Origin: the human T2T-CHM13v2.0 reference genome, Homo sapiens
Strand: one strand, 5' to 3'
Assembly: GCF_009914755.1 (NCBI RefSeq)
Contig: NC_060937.1
Length of the DNA: 64,000 nucleotides
Part shown: positions 60,614-64,000 of the stretch, piece after piece
How the letters are laid out: every line of letters begins with the position of its first letter
Numbering within the stretch: the first letter of the stretch is position 1
Notes under the pieces: generated by a model
Database searches by the model: none
Told to the model about the DNA's origin: nothing
What the model saw: only the letters and a program-made list of their open reading frames with translations
Translations under genes and position numbers: made by a program

Positions 60614-61899
60614 TTAATGAAGTGTTAACTATGGGCAAGATACTATGCTGAGCCCCTTTCATACATAGTGTTATTTATTGTTTCCAACAACTATAGGAAG
60701 AAGGTACAACCCCATTTTACAGATGAGGAAACGAAGGCTTAGCAAAGTTAATAGCTTACTTTGGGGCTCAAAGCTAGTAAGGGCTGGTGCCAGGAGCGAA
60801 CATGGGGCCCTGCCTTGAGAGCCCATGCCATCGTTAATCGCAGGGCACTGTGCAGCCTACCTGTTCATTCACTGCCATCTGAGTCTTGGCAAGCATCAGA
60901 TGGGCGTAGGTATGAAATTTATTTTCAGATATAATAATTGTTTCAAGGTAAAACCTTTGGGTCTTATTTTACCTAGAATCCATACATTCAAAGTACAAGT
61001 GATAAAATCAGTTCAGCAACTCTAGTATGCACATGAATTAAAAAGAAGTCAATCTGGTGAGAGATTTCATCAGAATAAAGTGTATAAGTGGAGTTGGAAA
61101 TCTGAGTGATTGAGTGCTTGCCATTTGGGTAAGTGTAATGAGTTTGAAAAACTAATTGTATTGATGAAGTATCTTAGGGCCTTTCAGAACATAGTTCTAG
61201 AAGTTTTATTTAGTGTTGAATTTTAAAAATTCTTTGTCCTAACAATAAAAGTACATTGTAGTCTTTCCCTTCCATTTTTAAAATGAACTGTTAATCTAGG
61301 AAGTCCTGTTTGTGTGTTGATTTGGGGAGTTAGCCCAACATTTGCTATGTTAAATACTTATTAACATGGTTTATTACTTTTTTCTGTTTTTTAGACAACA
61401 TTAATCATGAATGTACTGGGACTTGGGAAGGATCCTGTGGTTTATGAGATAGTTGGCCAAATCCCACCTCTTCCAACATAACCTGTCATTATTAAAATAT
61501 AATACTCTTATTTAATCCCCTGGTCAAGCTAAATGATAATGTGAAACAAAGCTAACCAAAATCAGGACACCTGATATCAAGAATTCATGAAATCAAGAGC
61601 CATTGTAGAGCAAGGAATCTAATGCTTTTGCTTCTTATCCTTTTCATACAAATAAAATAAGCTTCACTGGGCTTAGTGAGTCTTAGAAATGAGAGGTTTG
61701 AGAATAAGATCCATTGTGGAGTGTGTGACATTACAAAAACAAGCCAACTAAGCAGTGTGTACTGTCCCCTTAGAGTGCACACGTTCGGGCTCCGATGCCC
61801 CTTGAAAAGACTGCATTTCTGGGAGGGAAAAGTAAAAATGCAGATACCACCATGCGTGTGGAAGGCAGGGAAGAAAAAGCCCAGACAAGCGTCCTCTTG

Positions 61900-62739
<840 letters not shown>

Positions 62740-62839
62740 TAATAGAAAATAACCTTTTTGTTTGTTTGTTTGCTGGATGTTGCATAAGGCTGGAGACAGA
62801 GAATCTCAACTGGACACACATGTTTGTGAGCCGCGGAAG

Positions 62840-62922
62840 TTTTTCTTTTTTTCTTTTCTTTTCTTTTTCTTTCTTTCTTTCTTTCTTTCTTTCTTTTTCT
62901 TTCTTTCTTTCTTTCTTTTTTT
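62840..62922. repeat. (CTTT)n/(CTTTT)n polypyrimidine microsatellite in FRY intron 1
   Basis: Directly visible. Confidence 0.95.
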
Positions 62923-64000
62923 GCTCCCATCTGCTGTGAAAATCAAAATGTCAGAGACTGAACTAGCTTTCCTTAAGTGCAAAGGCTGCAATGGAATTAC
63001 AGTAGATTGTGTTTGATTAAATTTTCAAGTGAGGCAGCCCTTCAGACTCTGGGGGAGCTCAGGATCAGGCATTCCTGGCTGCATTTCCTGCCTTGATGTT
63101 TATTTGATTTGTTCAGGCTTTCTCTAAATATTTTGTGAAGTGTGATTTAATCAAAGGGGTGTGGCAGGGTTTCAGAGTACTTTGTAATTGTTTTTTTAGG
63201 GTATTGTCTGAAGAAAGAAAAGTATTTAATAGTCCAAAACCTAGGACATCCTTTTTGTATATAGAGGCATCTGCAGATTTATTTCATCTCTCCCTCTTCC
63301 ATGTGGATGATGTTCTGAATGCCATTTAATATTTGAATTTTTAAAAATCCTGATGTTTGCTATAGTCCAAATATTGTGCTTTTTTGAAACATAAACAAGT
63401 GAGGTTCTGACCCTAATTATTTATTAGGATAGCAGAATATGATGGCTCCTGAAGTTCCATTTCTGACCTACATAAGGATTTTAGCAATACGCTATTTCAA
63501 AAAGACAACCTCTAAGCTGCCGTGGATCTGGAATCAAATTAAAATGAGGCCTTCAGGTGATCAATGATGCCTTGTATTTTCCGAACTGTTTAAAAAGAAA
63601 GTCTTCTCTATTTCACTAACAGCCTTTGTACTTGCTTTGGATAAAAGATCAGCAGGTATTACTGATGCTTTATTGTTTTAAATAAAAAAATTTTTTCCCC
63701 GTGAAAATTTTAATATTGTATTATGTGCATACTGATTAACCTACCTGTGCTCAAAGAGCTAGTGATTAATTGTCTCCTACACAAATGACCTGTGGCCAAG
63801 ATTGTTCTTATATAAACAAAACCTGGGCAGGAGAACCTGTGCTGCAATTGCTTTGAGGAAAAGAGCTAAAGTACCTTCAGCCTTAAGGTATTCAGGGATG
63901 TGCATCTCTAAATGATATCCATAGAAACCATTTTTTCCAGGTCATTTTGCACCACTGTATACACTATGGGGCTTGTCTGAAGCTGTTTTTCTACAAGTGG

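Overview
Human (or near-human great ape) genomic DNA. About 62 kb of repeat-rich non-coding sequence runs into a CpG-island promoter and the first coding exon of FRY (furry homolog; ATG at 62665, [23 protein letters not shown], donor GTGAGT at 62735). The gene was recognised from recall of the FRY N-terminus, not from a search. The upstream region contains about 20 Alus, a near full-length Hsmar2 mariner, a two-LTR THE1A-like MaLR provirus, an LTR12F-like solo LTR with a CCAAT array, a full-length SVA with a short 3' tag between two poly(A) tails, and L1, L2, MLT/MST and MER fragments. Nearly all ORFs in the supplied track are repeat-derived or chance. I found no convincing new biological system. 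The best leads are regulatory: the FRY leader uORFs, a candidate splice acceptor in front of exon 1, divergent antisense transcription and the SVA transduction tag. Boundaries of old repeats are approximate and subfamily calls were made by eye.
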